Virus genome (UHGV): UHGV-0308106 | Direction: 5' to 3' (one strand) | Source of the DNA: a virus | DNA length: 55,105 bases | Shown: positions 1 through 9,843 of the stretch, one piece after another | Numbering within the stretch: position 1 is the stretch's first letter | How the letters are laid out: every line of letters begins with the position of its first letter | Position numbers and translations under genes: made by a program | Notes under the pieces: generated by a model | Databases searched by the model: none | Told to the model about the DNA's origin: nothing | What the model saw: only the letters and a program-made list of their open reading frames with translations

Positions 1-448
1 TGATACCTCTGTAACCACAATTTTGTTTAATTATCTCAACGTGCACATTTTCTGAACATACATGCGGCACGTGAATGTGTTAAACAATAGTAGATGACTT
101 TATCCGCAGTAATCAAAGGTTTTGAGTGAGCAACTCTGCGTCAGGAAAGGGCATTTTTCCTGAATATGCTCACATCATATAAAGAAATACAGATAAAGTT
201 ATTATCTGCTTGTGGGGGTGAATGCACTGACCGACCTATAAGGAAAGGCCAAACAAGAACACGGTTGCAAAAACCGTGCCCTTAAATATTGAATCTCTAT
301 TCAGAACACTTTCTTAAATTGTCATTTGGCATATTACGAACAATTCCGCGTAAAAACGTTCTGTTACGCTAAACCCTTATCCAGCAGGCTTTCAAGGATG
401 TAAACCATAACACTCTGCGAACTAGTGTTACATTGCGTGTAGCTTTGA

Positions 449-1699
449 GTGGGCAACTTTGTGTACACTTTTGTGTACCCAAAAACAAAAATGTGTACCC
501 ATTCAATGATCACCGACACAAAGCTCAGGAAGGCGCTCGGCAAGAAAAGAGATGATATCGAGATTATTTCTGATTCGCACGGGCTCAACGCCAGAATCAG
601 CCAGGCCGGAAAAATATCATTTTTCTATCGGTATCGCTGGGCCGGTAAAGCGGTAAAACTCAATGTTGGTGATTATCCTGCAATGAGTATCACCCAGGCA
701 AGAGAGCGTCGCCAACAATTCAGAAACTGGTTAACTGAGGGACTGGATCCGCGAGAGCAGGTGAAGCTGGATAAGCAGACCCGACAGGAAGCGATGTCCG
801 TTGCCGAAGCGTTCAATTACTGGATTGAAAGGCACTGTATCGCTAACGGGCTAGTTAAAGTCGATTACTATCGCCAGGTGTTTGAGAAACATATCGCCGA
901 ACCGATGAAGAATGTCAAAGTCGATAACACAGCGAAAATGCACTGGATCAACGTCTTCGATTCTATAGAAAGCAGGGTGATGGCTCATTACATGCTTTCG
1001 CTGTGCAAACGGGCGTTTAGGTTCTGCGTTAACAGAAGTGTGATCGCCTCAAACCCACTCGAGGGATTACTGCCATCTGATGTCGGGCAAAAGCCTAAAA
1101 AGAGAACTCGCAGGATGGACGATGACGATCTGCGCAAAATCTATCAGTGGTTGAAAAGCCATATGTCGATAGAGTCCGTTTTCCTGGTGAAATTTATTAT
1201 GCTTACCGGATGCCGTACGGCTGAGATTCGACTTAGTGAGAGATCATGGTTTCGATTGGATGATAATGAGTGGGTCGTGCCTGCGGGCAGTTATAAAACT
1301 CGGGTACATATTAGAAGGGGACTCTCAGACGCCGCCGTTAACCTGGTCAGAAATCACCTCAAGAAAATAAACACCAATCACCTGGTGACTTCACAACGTA
1401 AAATTGATGGCGGGATCAAAGATTCGCCCGTTCATTCACCTGTGGCATCCAATTACGCCCGTTCTATTTGGAATGGAACAGGTATGGCAGAGTGGTCGCT
1501 TCATGATATGAGGCGGACGATAGCCACAAATCTCTCTGAGTTAGGTTGCCCGCCGCACGTAATTGAAAAGCTGCTCGGGCATCAGATGGTGGGGGTTATG
1601 GCGCATTACAACCTTCATGACTATATCGATGATCAGAAACACTGGCTCCGCGTTTGGCAGAGCCATCTTGAAGAGATCATCGGAGAGCCCTTCAGTTAA
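449..1699 (+). CDS. int: tyrosine integrase (P4/Rac-type)
   Basis: 416-aa ORF; N-terminal [10 protein letters not shown] arm-binding-like segment; C-terminal RRTIATNL and LGHQ..MAHYNLH catalytic-type motifs; true start may be an internal ATG at 491 or 506. Confidence 0.85.
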
Positions 1700-1938
1700 T
1701 TTATCTTCTTTTTATCCTCCCACTCTTTGATTGACTCAGAGCGCCAGCGGTTAGGGTTGCCGGGCCAGTCAGGGGGTGGGAACGGGCATACGAAGCCCCG
1801 AGGCATTGTGTCTGCACTTTGCCATGACCAAAGGGTTTTGCGTGAAATTTTGTAGCGACTGGTCAGGTCTGACGTTACCAAAATATCATCCATAGCTCTC
1901 TCCAGTTGCCCGTTCGGGCCATTCAAAATCTTTTTCAA
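1696..1938 (-). CDS. small DNA-binding protein, excisionase/AlpA-like
   Basis: 80-aa ORF convergent on integrase stop (4-bp overlap); HTH-like [10 protein letters not shown] segment; position typical of xis. Confidence 0.45.
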
Positions 1939-2177
1939 CCAACCTGCCCGGGCAGGGAGCGGAGACGGCGCATGCCGGTCATCGCTGTGGCCACGTAGCT
2001 CGCCTTTCGGTTCACCACCTCCACCCAGACTTTCACGCCTTCAACCTTCACCGTATAAGTCTCTTTCATCTTGCTTCGCCCATAGTCGCCATATGTTTGC
2101 AAGTGAGCTGCCAGCGCGATGTCGCATGCTTGGCGAGCTAAAGGTGATTGCTTACTTCCTCGATTGATCAGTCGCAT
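1935..2177 (-). CDS. hypothetical small phage protein
   Basis: 80-aa ORF, 4-bp overlap with downstream gene, same leftward operon as recombination genes. Confidence 0.35.
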   Translation of the reverse strand: MRLINRGSKQSPLARQACDIALAAHLQTYGDYGRSKMKETYTVKVEGVKVWVEVVNRKASYVATAMTGMRRLRSLPGQVG

Positions 2178-2215
2178 ATAATCTCCTTGAGGGAGGGTTA
2201 CCCCTCCCGGTTTCG

Positions 2216-3334
2216 TCAGGCCACGTATTCCGGTTTCATATCCGCCAGGGTGATGCTGAATTGATCGTGCAGTTCATCGCCTAAGTGACGCTTTGAAGAT
2301 GCAAGCATGCGCTCGGCTTCAGCGAACCGTTCGGCTGCATGCGGCTCGTCGGGCTGGGGCAGGGATTTAATAGCCTCCTCAACCTTGTTGCGTGCATCCA
2401 CTAGGTAATAACGCTTTACGGCTTTGTTTTTCAGCTCGGTGAATAGTGCGGATCCCAGCGTAGCTTTCGCCGTTTCAATGTCGGCACGCAGCGATTTGGC
2501 GCTATCCACGTCCTGAGCAGATTCGATGCGTTCGCGGAAATCATCGGCAAGAGAGTCGACATTTACCGACGATTCCTGTGCGCTTTGCGTGGTTGTGACG
2601 GTGTCACCTGAGATATCAGCCAGGCTAACGCGTTGCGGCGTTGGGTTGATCTCTTTTTCTGTGCGCTGTTCAATCTCATCAGGGGTGTACACACCAAGAA
2701 CAACTGCAGGGCAATACAGGCGCGCCCAGTATTTGAGTGCCAGATAAGCGATCTGCTGTTTCGGGTTTGATACCCAAAGTGGAGAATTACGTGTGATTAC
2801 GCTGGAGAGGAAAACAGGCTCTCCCCAGGTGATATCACTTTCACCGCGAATAACGGCACCTACCCGTACCGACAGTCCTTGTTCATCAGCACTTTCCCAA
2901 CCGCGTACCATTTCTTTCTTGTCGTACGTCCCGCCACCTTTCGCAGGCTTTTTAACGGTTATCTCGCGGCTGCTGGCACATTTCGACCAGTCGCCCTCGT
3001 ACTCATAGTGAAAGCGGCCAACGATGGCGTTTGAGCTGGAGATCACCGCATTAACCAGTTGCGCTTCGTATCCCAGGACACCGTTAACCAGGTGCGTCTT
3101 TTGCGCCACGGCGTAAGGGTTCATACCCCACTGCATCGCCTGCATGATGATGGCCATGCAGTCTGCCGGATTGCCGCGGAGGTGCTCAGGCACCGTTACG
3201 GCTGCCTGTGCCATCAACCCGGCGACAGACTGAAGCTGGGTTAAAGCCTGCACGTTGAAAATGGCATTGCTGGCTGAGATCGTGTTTGGAGTCTGCTGTT
3301 CAGCGGTTACGATATTCGTGTTTTCCATCATCAT
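2216..3334 (-). CDS. single-strand annealing protein (Bet/RecT superfamily)
   Basis: 372-aa ORF immediately downstream of RecE-like gene; segment ADCMAIIMQAMQWGMNPY resembles the lambda Bet region DAQFIALLIVANQYGLNPW as recalled from memory. Confidence 0.65.
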   Translation of the reverse strand: MMMENTNIVTAEQQTPNTISASNAIFNVQALTQLQSVAGLMAQAAVTVPEHLRGNPADCMAIIMQAMQWGMNPYAVAQKTHLVNGVLGYEAQLVNAVISSSNAIVGRFHYEYEGDWSKCASSREITVKKPAKGGGTYDKKEMVRGWESADEQGLSVRVGAVIRGESDITWGEPVFLSSVITRNSPLWVSNPKQQIAYLALKYWARLYCPAVVLGVYTPDEIEQRTEKEINPTPQRVSLADISGDTVTTTQSAQESSVNVDSLADDFRERIESAQDVDSAKSLRADIETAKATLGSALFTELKNKAVKRYYLVDARNKVEEAIKSLPQPDEPHAAERFAEAERMLASSKRHLGDELHDQFSITLADMKPEYVA

Positions 3335-3339
3335 TCCCC

Positions 3340-6300
3340 TTATGCCTGAGTACGCAGCGCTTCAAGGCGGCGCAGGTCGAAGTCGTTCAGTTCGTCGGTG
3401 TAGTCAGCAGTGATTGGCGCTGGCCATTCACCTGTGTCGAATCCGGTTGCGATATTGCGCATCGCTTTGCGGTACTCGAGCATACCCAGCTCCAGTAGTT
3501 CAGCGGATGCCTCGATGATGGCGATCCAGTGGTAGTTCTCGTCTTTGTTGACGAAAATCCAGAAGAACTGATCCAGCGCTGCGGTTTCGCAGTACATAGC
3601 CGCGCTCAGGTGATAATCACGTTCAATAATTTCCCGGTGTAGCCTGGCGCGCAGGCTTTCCTGCTTAACATTCCACATGCTGATGGTTTTCAGGTCAGCA
3701 CCGATACGCACGCCGTCTAGGTCGATCTCAAGATCAGGGCGCACACGAACTTCCAGTCCCGTCTCCTCGTCAAAGCCAAAGTAGCTCACCTCAACGGCGC
3801 GGCTCGGGTGGGTTAGCAGCATGCCTGCGGTCGGGTGTGCCAGAAGCGCTTTTTGAATATTCAGCGCGGTGCTCAGCTGCTGGCGGGTGACCAGCACTTT
3901 TCCTTCCGGGTTATCGCGCCAGGCATCCAGCAGTTCGTCGGCAAATACGGCATCTGGTTTGACTGCCTTCACGGCCTGGATCATGTCTGCTTTGGTACCG
4001 GACACTTTCAGTGGTGCCGGTTTCTGTGCTTCCTGAGCCACAAGGTCAGGGTTGATGATTGCCAACTGCTCCAGCAGCGCGTCACGGCTGCCGCTGGTTT
4101 TAACCGGCGGCGGCAGGGTGGCGTTGTACTCTTTAATGCATGCCTTCATTGCCGTCGCCGTCTGCTTCTGGTCACCATCAATACGCTGGAAGTCAGCTGG
4201 CAGCGCCATATAGTTCTGTGCCGTTTCTTCCAGGTTAGCGCCAAGCGGAACCTGCGGCGGCAGGGTGGCGTTGTACTCTTCCAGTAACACCTTGATGTCG
4301 TCGGCAGACAGCAGCGCCGGCAGGCTGGCATTGTGCTCATCGATAAAGGCGCGCAGGGTCGCGGCCGTTGTGAATGCGCCTTCAGGGATCACCGGTTCAA
4401 CGCTGAATTCTGCGTCCAGTAGTTCAGGCTGCAACGCCAGCGCATGCACCAAGTTGCCCATGTCCAGCACCGCTGAGCGCTCTTTGACGATGGTTTTCTC
4501 TACGTGGCGCGCATTGAAGTACATCAGCGAAACGCGCGCATCTTTCACCTGGGTTGAGCTGATGCCGTTGGCGGCGTGGTAAACCTCGTTTGGCAGCCCT
4601 TCATAGCGGCCTGGCTCGAAATAAGCGGGATAAACAACAGCTGGTTCGTCAGATTGCGCTTCTGGCTCGGTTTGTGCTGCAACTGGTTCGGTTTGGCTTA
4701 CAGAATCGCTATTTTTGGCGACAGAATCCGTATTCTGGTTTACATCGTCCTTCTGGCTGGTATCTGACTCTTCACCAGACTCCAGACTGCTTTCGCCTGG
4801 CTGTACTTCATCACCAACATTTTTTTCATCACTGACAGTTTCTTGAACCTGCACATTGCTGGTGGTTTCCGTAGCCTGTTTCGTGCCATGAGTTGCTGAG
4901 TTCTGCAGTAAAGCCGTAACATCGAATATTCCGTTGCCGACATTTTTAACCAGTTCTTGTTCGGCTTTATGTGGTTGTGCTGTCGCTTCCTCTGCGCGGC
5001 GGCGTGCTTCTTCTTCACGTACGCGTTGCAGGTTCTCTTCGTGAGTGCAGAAGGATTTGCGCGGAGACTCCTTACCTTCAGGTTGGGGAATTTCCTGTGC
5101 TGCGGGTTCAGCCTCATGCAACGGCAATAACTCGACCGCGGAATTGAACGCGGCTGTCATGGTCTGGTTAACAAATTCCAGGTGAGCGACAGGAGTTAAA
5201 TGAATATTTTCCGGTGCGATACGTACCAGGTTAAAAATAGCCGTGCGGTTAACACCCAGAACGCCTGGCTGATTGCGCAGGATGTTGCTCCATGATTTCC
5301 ATGGTTCTTCTTTTTTGGTCACGATTTCTTTAGCGCGACGAAGAATGCTGCCCGGGATCTCGAAGTGGTTGAAGTCCATAGGCAGAAGGGCACATGCAAT
5401 CTCTAAATCGAGAGTGTCAAGGGTATGGTATGTATCAGGTCCACGGTCAGTGACGTAACCGCCGTTGGCATTGGTTCCGGAATCAGTACGCTGCACACTA
5501 CTGATGCGATTACCGGCGGCCCATTCGCGAACAAGGATACCGCGGTCGATGTGATCTGTAGCGAACCACAATTTCAAAAACTGGATTAAGGTTGCGAGTT
5601 CAGGGATTTTTCCATCGACAGGGAAGACTTTCTTAACGGCATTCACGACTTTATGAATATCGTGCTCAATGGCTTTTTTGAATGCTTCCACATTCTCAGC
5701 TGCCAGCAGCAGGTTCTGGACGTACGCGTCATCGGTGTCCATCTCAAGGCGGACAATCTCATTTTTCTGCCCTGCGTCGATGTGATAGAGATATTCACCA
5801 TCACCGATGAACTGAGCCAGTACGCGCTGGCGGAATGGCAGGGTGGCAACAACGATCAGGTTCGGTTGCTGTGTCTGCTGGGATTGCTCTTCGGTATCGA
5901 CTTCACCATCAACGACGCCACCTTCTGCCCGGCCGTTCTCGTCGGTCTGGATACCGTCCTCAACAGTGAGATCTTGACCAGTTGTAACGTCAGCAGCGTT
6001 GCTGGTTTCAGTTTTGAGCAACTGCAACTTACCACTGCGCCAGTCTTCTACCAGTTGATTGCGGTCACCGGCATCGGTGTTCACCCAGTCAGACATGAAT
6101 GCAGCGATCAATCTTGGTTCGTGCTCTTCGTCTGGTGTGAAAATGTCCTTAACCGCCCGAATCATTTTCCACTCAGCATTCAGGCTGAGTTTGGCGGTCG
6201 CGGGCACATCGTTCCTTGCCACAAGCAGGCTATGGAGATATGTATTGCCTTCATCCAGTGACATTTCGCTGGCAGCCAACTGCTGCTCTTTAGTGACGTG

Positions 6301-6729
6301 GGTTTGGTATTTATCGTTCATCAGATGGACGGCAAAGCGGACCGCTGGAGTACGGTTTTCAACCGGGACAATTTCGGACGCAGTCGCATCTTCAACGATT
6401 ACGGTCGGAGTAGGTGTGTAGGGGGCGTCAACGGAACCAGTAGACACACCAGCGGCTTTTGGCAGCCAGGTGCGCCCATCGTCCTGAAGCTCGTAGCGAT
6501 CACACCAGGTAAAATCAACTTCACCTTCTTTCGGCAGACCGTCGACAACTGGGAAATCAGTGCGAATCGGTTTGGCGTAGTCCTTACCCCGACCTGTTTC
6601 GATACCTGCATCTTCCAGCGCAACATCCAGCATCAGATTGGCGCGAGCCTCGGTTTTAGCAGTGAACCAGACCACTGCATCTTGCTTTCCGGATTTCTGA
6701 GTGGCTTTAACCACATTAAAGAATTCCAT
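3340..6729 (-). CDS. recE: RecE-like exodeoxyribonuclease VIII
   Basis: 1129-aa ORF; N-terminal TDFPVVDGLPKEGEVDFTW and GNRISSVQRTDSGTNANGG match my memory of E. coli RecE; long acidic low-complexity middle; C-terminal nuclease-like region; paired with annealing protein. Confidence 0.8.
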   Translation of the reverse strand: MEFFNVVKATQKSGKQDAVVWFTAKTEARANLMLDVALEDAGIETGRGKDYAKPIRTDFPVVDGLPKEGEVDFTWCDRYELQDDGRTWLPKAAGVSTGSVDAPYTPTPTVIVEDATASEIVPVENRTPAVRFAVHLMNDKYQTHVTKEQQLAASEMSLDEGNTYLHSLLVARNDVPATAKLSLNAEWKMIRAVKDIFTPDEEHEPRLIAAFMSDWVNTDAGDRNQLVEDWRSGKLQLLKTETSNAADVTTGQDLTVEDGIQTDENGRAEGGVVDGEVDTEEQSQQTQQPNLIVVATLPFRQRVLAQFIGDGEYLYHIDAGQKNEIVRLEMDTDDAYVQNLLLAAENVEAFKKAIEHDIHKVVNAVKKVFPVDGKIPELATLIQFLKLWFATDHIDRGILVREWAAGNRISSVQRTDSGTNANGGYVTDRGPDTYHTLDTLDLEIACALLPMDFNHFEIPGSILRRAKEIVTKKEEPWKSWSNILRNQPGVLGVNRTAIFNLVRIAPENIHLTPVAHLEFVNQTMTAAFNSAVELLPLHEAEPAAQEIPQPEGKESPRKSFCTHEENLQRVREEEARRRAEEATAQPHKAEQELVKNVGNGIFDVTALLQNSATHGTKQATETTSNVQVQETVSDEKNVGDEVQPGESSLESGEESDTSQKDDVNQNTDSVAKNSDSVSQTEPVAAQTEPEAQSDEPAVVYPAYFEPGRYEGLPNEVYHAANGISSTQVKDARVSLMYFNARHVEKTIVKERSAVLDMGNLVHALALQPELLDAEFSVEPVIPEGAFTTAATLRAFIDEHNASLPALLSADDIKVLLEEYNATLPPQVPLGANLEETAQNYMALPADFQRIDGDQKQTATAMKACIKEYNATLPPPVKTSGSRDALLEQLAIINPDLVAQEAQKPAPLKVSGTKADMIQAVKAVKPDAVFADELLDAWRDNPEGKVLVTRQQLSTALNIQKALLAHPTAGMLLTHPSRAVEVSYFGFDEETGLEVRVRPDLEIDLDGVRIGADLKTISMWNVKQESLRARLHREIIERDYHLSAAMYCETAALDQFFWIFVNKDENYHWIAIIEASAELLELGMLEYRKAMRNIATGFDTGEWPAPITADYTDELNDFDLRRLEALRTQA

Positions 6730-6868
6730 GTGAGATCCTCATTTTTGGGTGTTAGAATCCCCGGACCATTGATAGCGCCCATTGGGTTAACTTTGGTTTT
6801 AATGTTGTTTCCGGTGTAACTTTGGTCGGTACCACCGGACGTAGATCCCGCCTTGCGCGGGTTTTACG

Positions 6869-7030
6869 TTAGCCTTCGTGAGCCATCTGGTCGTGCGAAG
6901 CGCAACGTTTGGAGCAATACTCTTTTTCTTTGCGCGCCAGCTGTGAGCCGTTGCGATAGAGAAGGGTGCTCTTGATTACTTCCTCCGTTTTAACCGGCTT
7001 GCCGCAATATCCGCATTTCTTGTCTAACAT
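6869..7030 (-). CDS. small zinc-ribbon protein (YdaE-like by size and position)
   Basis: 53-aa ORF not in supplied track: MLDKKCGYCGKPV...YCSKRCASHDQMAHEG; CxxC plus CxxxC; GGAGG 5 nt upstream of ATG. Confidence 0.45.
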   Translation of the reverse strand: MLDKKCGYCGKPVKTEEVIKSTLLYRNGSQLARKEKEYCSKRCASHDQMAHEG

Positions 7031-7041
7031 GACATCCTCCG

Positions 7042-7248
7042 CTAGTGGCTGAGTCCATGCCCCAGACCGTTCAGATAAACTTCAACCAGCAAATCCTTGG
7101 TGTAAGTCATTTCTACGCCGCGATGCAGATACAAACGTCCGCGAGCGTTAGCTGATGCCGTCCAGGTTGAGTCTTTGTGTTTGACGAGCATCCCCGGCTG
7201 AACTGCGCCGCGGTTTACTGTCTGTGTACCGTAGTGCTGATGAACCAT
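7042..7248 (-). CDS. small protein at Kil position (function unknown)
   Basis: 68-aa product from internal ATG with GGAGA Shine-Dalgarno; the longer 116-aa track ORF (7042-7392) probably over-extends. Confidence 0.35.
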   Translation of the reverse strand: MVHQHYGTQTVNRGAVQPGMLVKHKDSTWTASANARGRLYLHRGVEMTYTKDLLVEVYLNGLGHGLSH

Positions 7249-7632
7249 GATGTTCTCCAGTTTTTCTGAGTGAACTTCGCTGGTGGTGCCGCGGCGCTGA
7301 TCTTCACGGTTGAGCGTTTTAACTCTGCAATTCACCACCGCGAAGCTCACTCTGTGCTTTGCCCTTGTCGCCAGGCTGGCGGAACGTTTCAAACCTACTG
7401 CGCGTTAATCTCACCACCTCATTCCGGTCTTCGTATGCCCCGGACGGCTTCTTCGTGGGCGTCCTGCTTTGGTGGTTGTGTTGATGGAGTAATTAAACAC
7501 AATGTTTATTTGCGTGTCAACATAATGAGTGTTTTTATATAAACAAAAAGTTTAGTTGGTTGCGCTCGTTGGCACGAGTAGTATGTTTTATGGTCTATTT
7601 TGTGGTTATAAAAAAATCGATGAGGGTGAGTT

Positions 7633-7839
7633 ATGGATCGTGACGAACTGGAAGAAGACCGCGCAGCGTTTATTGCGGGGGAGATTGGTGGCGCAGTTGT
7701 CAGTCTGATAGCTAACGGGATTGTGATCAGCCGCGATGCGATTGTGGATAGTCTAGAGGCTAAGCGCAGGGTAGTGGGAAACGTCATTCACAAGTGGGTA
7801 TTGCGGGATGCGGTTGCTATGGTGAGAAAAGGGCAATAA
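7633..7839 (+). CDS. hypothetical protein
   Basis: 68-aa ORF followed directly by a hairpin terminator. Confidence 0.35.
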   Translation: MDRDELEEDRAAFIAGEIGGAVVSLIANGIVISRDAIVDSLEAKRRVVGNVIHKWVLRDAVAMVRKGQ

Positions 7840-7874
7840 AAAACCCAGTTCGGTAACTGGGTTATTGCTTTATT
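7838..7874. terminator. bidirectional intrinsic terminator
   Basis: 9-bp stem aacccagtt/aactgggtt with 4-nt loop, A-run on one side and T-rich tract on the other, between convergent genes. Confidence 0.5.
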
Positions 7875-8328
7875 CAACAGATGATGGGGGGGTCGGTGCT
7901 TTCTTAAAGATCGACCACTGAGAAATGTAGGTCAGCAACCTTGAGCTTAACTCGAGTTCTTTTCGTAATATTTCGTCATAACGTTTTTTTGCTGCTTGCA
8001 TGGTCGCATCACTAGCGTGATTGTCATCCATAATGATCTTTAGCCTTTTCTTTTCTCGGCTTGAGCATATTGTAAATAACAGACCTGTAAATGACATTCC
8101 ACCAAAATCCTTTAACGTTTTGATTACAAAAAGAAGAATCAAAGACAGAAAAGGAACAGATCTGTAGGCCCAATCACGAAACTCACCGTCAGGAAAGAAG
8201 ATAGGAATAGCATCTGTAGCATAACCACATATGAGGGAGACAATTAGAAAAGGTAGTCCATTTTTAGCTACATTTTTAACGTTATCGTTAGCCATGATTT
8301 TTTCCCGAGAACGATTTCGAGTCAACAT
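7870..8328 (-). CDS. membrane protein, possible superinfection-exclusion component
   Basis: 152-aa ORF with hydrophobic helices, AT-rich; in operon downstream of repressor; start may be ATG at 8295. Confidence 0.45.
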   Translation of the reverse strand: MLTRNRSREKIMANDNVKNVAKNGLPFLIVSLICGYATDAIPIFFPDGEFRDWAYRSVPFLSLILLFVIKTLKDFGGMSFTGLLFTICSSREKKRLKIIMDDNHASDATMQAAKKRYDEILRKELELSSRLLTYISQWSIFKKAPTPPSSVE

Positions 8329-8671
8329 GTAACTTTTGTGTTTTGACTACATAATACGCAAATCCAATCTTAACTAACCAATAAGCTACTGGTATGAGTG
8401 CTGCGTAAAGAGGGATATAGTACATAACCTTACCTCCTGTTAACCACACTATAACACCTAGCATCACTATTAGCGCGACAGAAAATGCTTTCAGCCCAAC
8501 ACAGCTATCAGGATGTGAAACACTGTTCCTTAGCAACAATATCCTGGATTCATCAAGTGTGTAAGGAATATCGCCAACATGATTTTCGATTTTTGGGAAG
8601 GTCTCAAATACTTCAACCCGATCAATCGAAATAATTGAGCTTGATTGATGATCTAAGCAAACTGCAGCCAC
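8288..8671 (-). CDS. membrane protein, possible superinfection-exclusion component
   Basis: 127-aa ORF with two hydrophobic helices; AT-rich; immediately upstream of 7870-8328 gene. Confidence 0.45.
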   Translation of the reverse strand: MAAVCLDHQSSSIISIDRVEVFETFPKIENHVGDIPYTLDESRILLLRNSVSHPDSCVGLKAFSVALIVMLGVIVWLTGGKVMYYIPLYAALIPVAYWLVKIGFAYYVVKTQKLHVDSKSFSGKNHG

Positions 8672-8673
8672 TG

Positions 8674-9009
8674 TTATCCCTCTCGAACCTTTAGTGATAC
8701 TCGGTTAGCAGCAAATGTGGCAATGAAACCACATTCTACACATATAACAGGGAATGCCCATATACCTCGGCCAGCTGAATGAGGTAGAGGAAGGGTAATT
8801 ATTGCAGGATAGTCTTGACTATCTTCTCGTGGAGGAACTCCCCAAAGCGTATGCTTACAAAGCGGACAGGCCATCTCGCCATGTTTTTCTTCGAGGCGTT
8901 GAAAATAATCTCGAAATTCTTGTCTTGATATTGATAGCGTCAATGCTGTTGTATTGACACTTTCCTGACTTTTTTCTTCTTCAACCTGTTCGCCCATCTC
9001 AGCTCTCAA
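8674..9009 (-). CDS. hypothetical Cys-pair protein
   Basis: 111-aa ORF with CPLCKH and CVECG pairs; first gene after repressor on the same strand. Confidence 0.4.
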   Translation of the reverse strand: MRAEMGEQVEEEKSQESVNTTALTLSISRQEFRDYFQRLEEKHGEMACPLCKHTLWGVPPREDSQDYPAIITLPLPHSAGRGIWAFPVICVECGFIATFAANRVSLKVREG

Positions 9010-9108
9010 TATAATGATAATTAACTGGTAAGTGAATTTTGCATATCGTTAAGATGTATCCCATTGGTACAGAAACATCTGAGGGGTAAGTAGCTTTTAA
9101 CTACCGTG

Positions 9109-9504
9109 CTACTCACCATCCCCCTTAATCCGCCGTCCCATGTACTTGGCGTACAGTTCATCGAGTTCTTTCAACCGTAGAGATACGATCCGCAACATGT
9201 TCTGTTGTTCTTCTTCGTTTGGGAGTTGATTATAGAGTTCCAACAGTCTCCGTTCGTCGTGTCTCAAACCGTCCTTAGCATCCACGTCCTGACCTAGAAC
9301 CCACTCAAGACTTACGCCTAGCGCATCGGCAAGTTTTATTGCTGAGCTTTTTCCTATCGCTCCTCTGACAAACCAGTTGTTGACTGATTGTGCGCTCACA
9401 CCACAGATTCTCGCTATATCCGCTTTGGATATGCGCTTCTTCTCGATGATTTCATTTAACCGCCGAACCTGCGGGTTATCTGTTTGGTGTGTGTTTTTTC
9501 TCAT
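9109..9504 (-). CDS. prophage repressor (HTH, CI/RacR-like role)
   Basis: 131-aa ORF; N-terminal HTH ISKADIARICGVSAQSVNNW; divergent from Cro-like gene across operator palindromes. Confidence 0.65.
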   Translation of the reverse strand: MRKNTHQTDNPQVRRLNEIIEKKRISKADIARICGVSAQSVNNWFVRGAIGKSSAIKLADALGVSLEWVLGQDVDAKDGLRHDERRLLELYNQLPNEEEQQNMLRIVSLRLKELDELYAKYMGRRIKGDGE

Positions 9505-9518
9505 ATATCAAGATTCTA

Positions 9519-9580
9519 AACTAAAAGTTTATCGCCTCAACATTCATAATGTTGACTTGAACATAAACATAATGTTTAAT
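9519..9580. promoter_or_regulatory. operator/promoter region between repressor and cro-like gene
   Basis: Three palindromes: aaact-aaa-agttt (9519-9531), aacatt-cat-aatgtt (9539-9553), aaacat-a-atgttt (9565-9577); TTGACT -35 at 9552-9557 and TTTAAT -10 at 9575-9580 with 17-bp spacing. Confidence 0.55.
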
Positions 9581-9607
9581 TTGGTTCGTTATTACTTGGA
9601 GCCAAAT

Positions 9608-9841
9608 ATGAAAGCACTTGATAAAGCAATATGCATCGTAGGGGGTGCAACCCGTTTAGCAGAAAAGCTCAATGTATCCCCAATGACGGTCAGTCACTGG
9701 CGTCACCGTGACAATGGATTCGTACCGGCTAACCGTGTCATTCCTATTTTCAATGCTACAGGTGTAACTCCACATGAGTTACGCCCTGATTTGTACCTCA
9801 ACCCTACGGATGGATTACCGGCTCAGGAAGCGAGGGCATAA
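9608..9841 (+). CDS. Cro/YdaS-like HTH regulator
   Basis: 77-aa product MKALDKAICIVGGATRLAEKLNVSPMTVSHW; GGAG SD; track ORF 9377 start is over-extended. Confidence 0.7.
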   Translation: MKALDKAICIVGGATRLAEKLNVSPMTVSHWRHRDNGFVPANRVIPIFNATGVTPHELRPDLYLNPTDGLPAQEARA

Positions 9842-9843
9842 CC

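Noticed and set aside
1-448. Search for a tRNA gene or attachment site left of the integrase
   Set aside because: No cloverleaf-compatible sequence or obvious flanking direct repeat seen by eye; only a short hairpin at about 270-290. The attachment site probably lies outside the window or needs computational alignment.
364-588. 74-aa minus-strand ORF overlapping the integrase start
   Set aside because: Overlaps the integrase 5-prime region on the opposite strand, low-complexity composition, no ribosome-binding site; likely spurious.
3835-6819. Multiple 60-200 aa ORFs on the plus strand inside recE
   Set aside because: All lie antisense within a well-supported 1129-aa gene and have Arg/Cys-rich composition typical of out-of-frame artefacts.
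6840-6868. Hairpin cccgc-cttg-cgcggg with T-run just downstream of the small zinc-ribbon gene
   Set aside because: The T-run is on the plus strand while flanking genes are on the minus strand, so it is not a canonical terminator for them.
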